Below, piece by piece: positions 63,581 through 64,000 of a DNA stretch of 64,000 bases. Position 1 is the first letter of the stretch. Each line of letters opens with the position of its first letter. Made by a program: the position numbers and the translations under genes. The notes beneath the pieces were generated by a model. The model saw only the letters and a program-made list of their open reading frames with translations, was not told where the DNA came from and searched no databases. The stretch is from Octopus bimaculoides (taxonomy: Eukaryota). The stretch is taken from positions 40,604,342-40,668,341 of the forward strand of contig NC_068993.1 of the NCBI RefSeq assembly GCF_001194135.2. The letters are read 5' to 3'.

Positions 63581-63818
63581 TGCATTATTTACGTTATTCA
63601 ACGGCTATTTGTCCTCATCTTGTTTGTTGTTAGCACGTTTCGGCTGATATACCCTCCAGCCTTCTTCAGTTGTCTTGGGGAAATTTCGAACCTGTGTTCT
63701 CATTTCTGAGGTATGTGTCTCATTCAAGACACCTGAAGAAGGCTGGAGGGTTTATCAGCCGAAACGTGTTAACAACAAACAAGATGAGGACACATATCCA
63801 CTGAATGTAAATAATGCA
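63581..63818. mobile_element. Inverted pair of Penelope-like pseudo-LTR segments, each with a hammerhead-like core
   Basis: Arms 63581-63677 and 63725-63818 are reverse complements with a 47-nt spacer; + copy GACAC-CTGAAGA-A-GGCTG..CAGCC-GAAAC-GTGTT at 63728-63770. Confidence 0.7.
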
Positions 63819-64000
63819 AATAGTACTTACGTTTTAGAACAGCTCTGATCACAAATAAATCGTACTTTATGTATATATGAAAAGCATGATATATTTGTGA
63901 TCAGAGTTGTTGTTAATCTGAGGTACTACTGTATATATGTATATGCATACATATATGTATCTATATGCATATATATGTATATATATATATATATATATAT

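Overview
AT-rich, microsatellite-dense eukaryotic (animal) genomic DNA with 11 N-gaps, most flanked by (TA)n. The repeat complement looks like an octopus genome; this is from recall, not verified. The only host coding sequence I can support is one 201-nt exon (26653-26853, +) of a branched-chain amino acid aminotransferase (BCAT). It has canonical AG/GT sites and matches the vertebrate BCAT exon 'AKDL...HYAVE' in length and phase. No other BCAT exon is recognisable, so most of the window is probably large BCAT introns or flank. The rest is a patchwork of decayed mobile DNA: at least three tRNA-headed SINE families (called A, B and C here), RTE-clade LINE fragments, an R4/Dong-like RLE tail, a truncated DD37D (maT) transposon, TTAA-flanked piggyBac-like MITEs, hAT and Helentron-like relics, and an ORF1/Gag-like CCHC relic. 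The most interesting signals are RNA-structural: Penelope-type minimal hammerhead ribozyme motifs (23014-23050 and an inverted pair at 63581-63818), several long foldbacks (2471-2884, 25681-26380 just upstream of the BCAT exon, 47264-47710) and an exact-period 26-bp array with a variable segment (50684-50918). Almost all ORFs in the supplied track are microsatellite or N-gap artefacts. Repeat boundaries are approximate unless a TSD or TIR is given.
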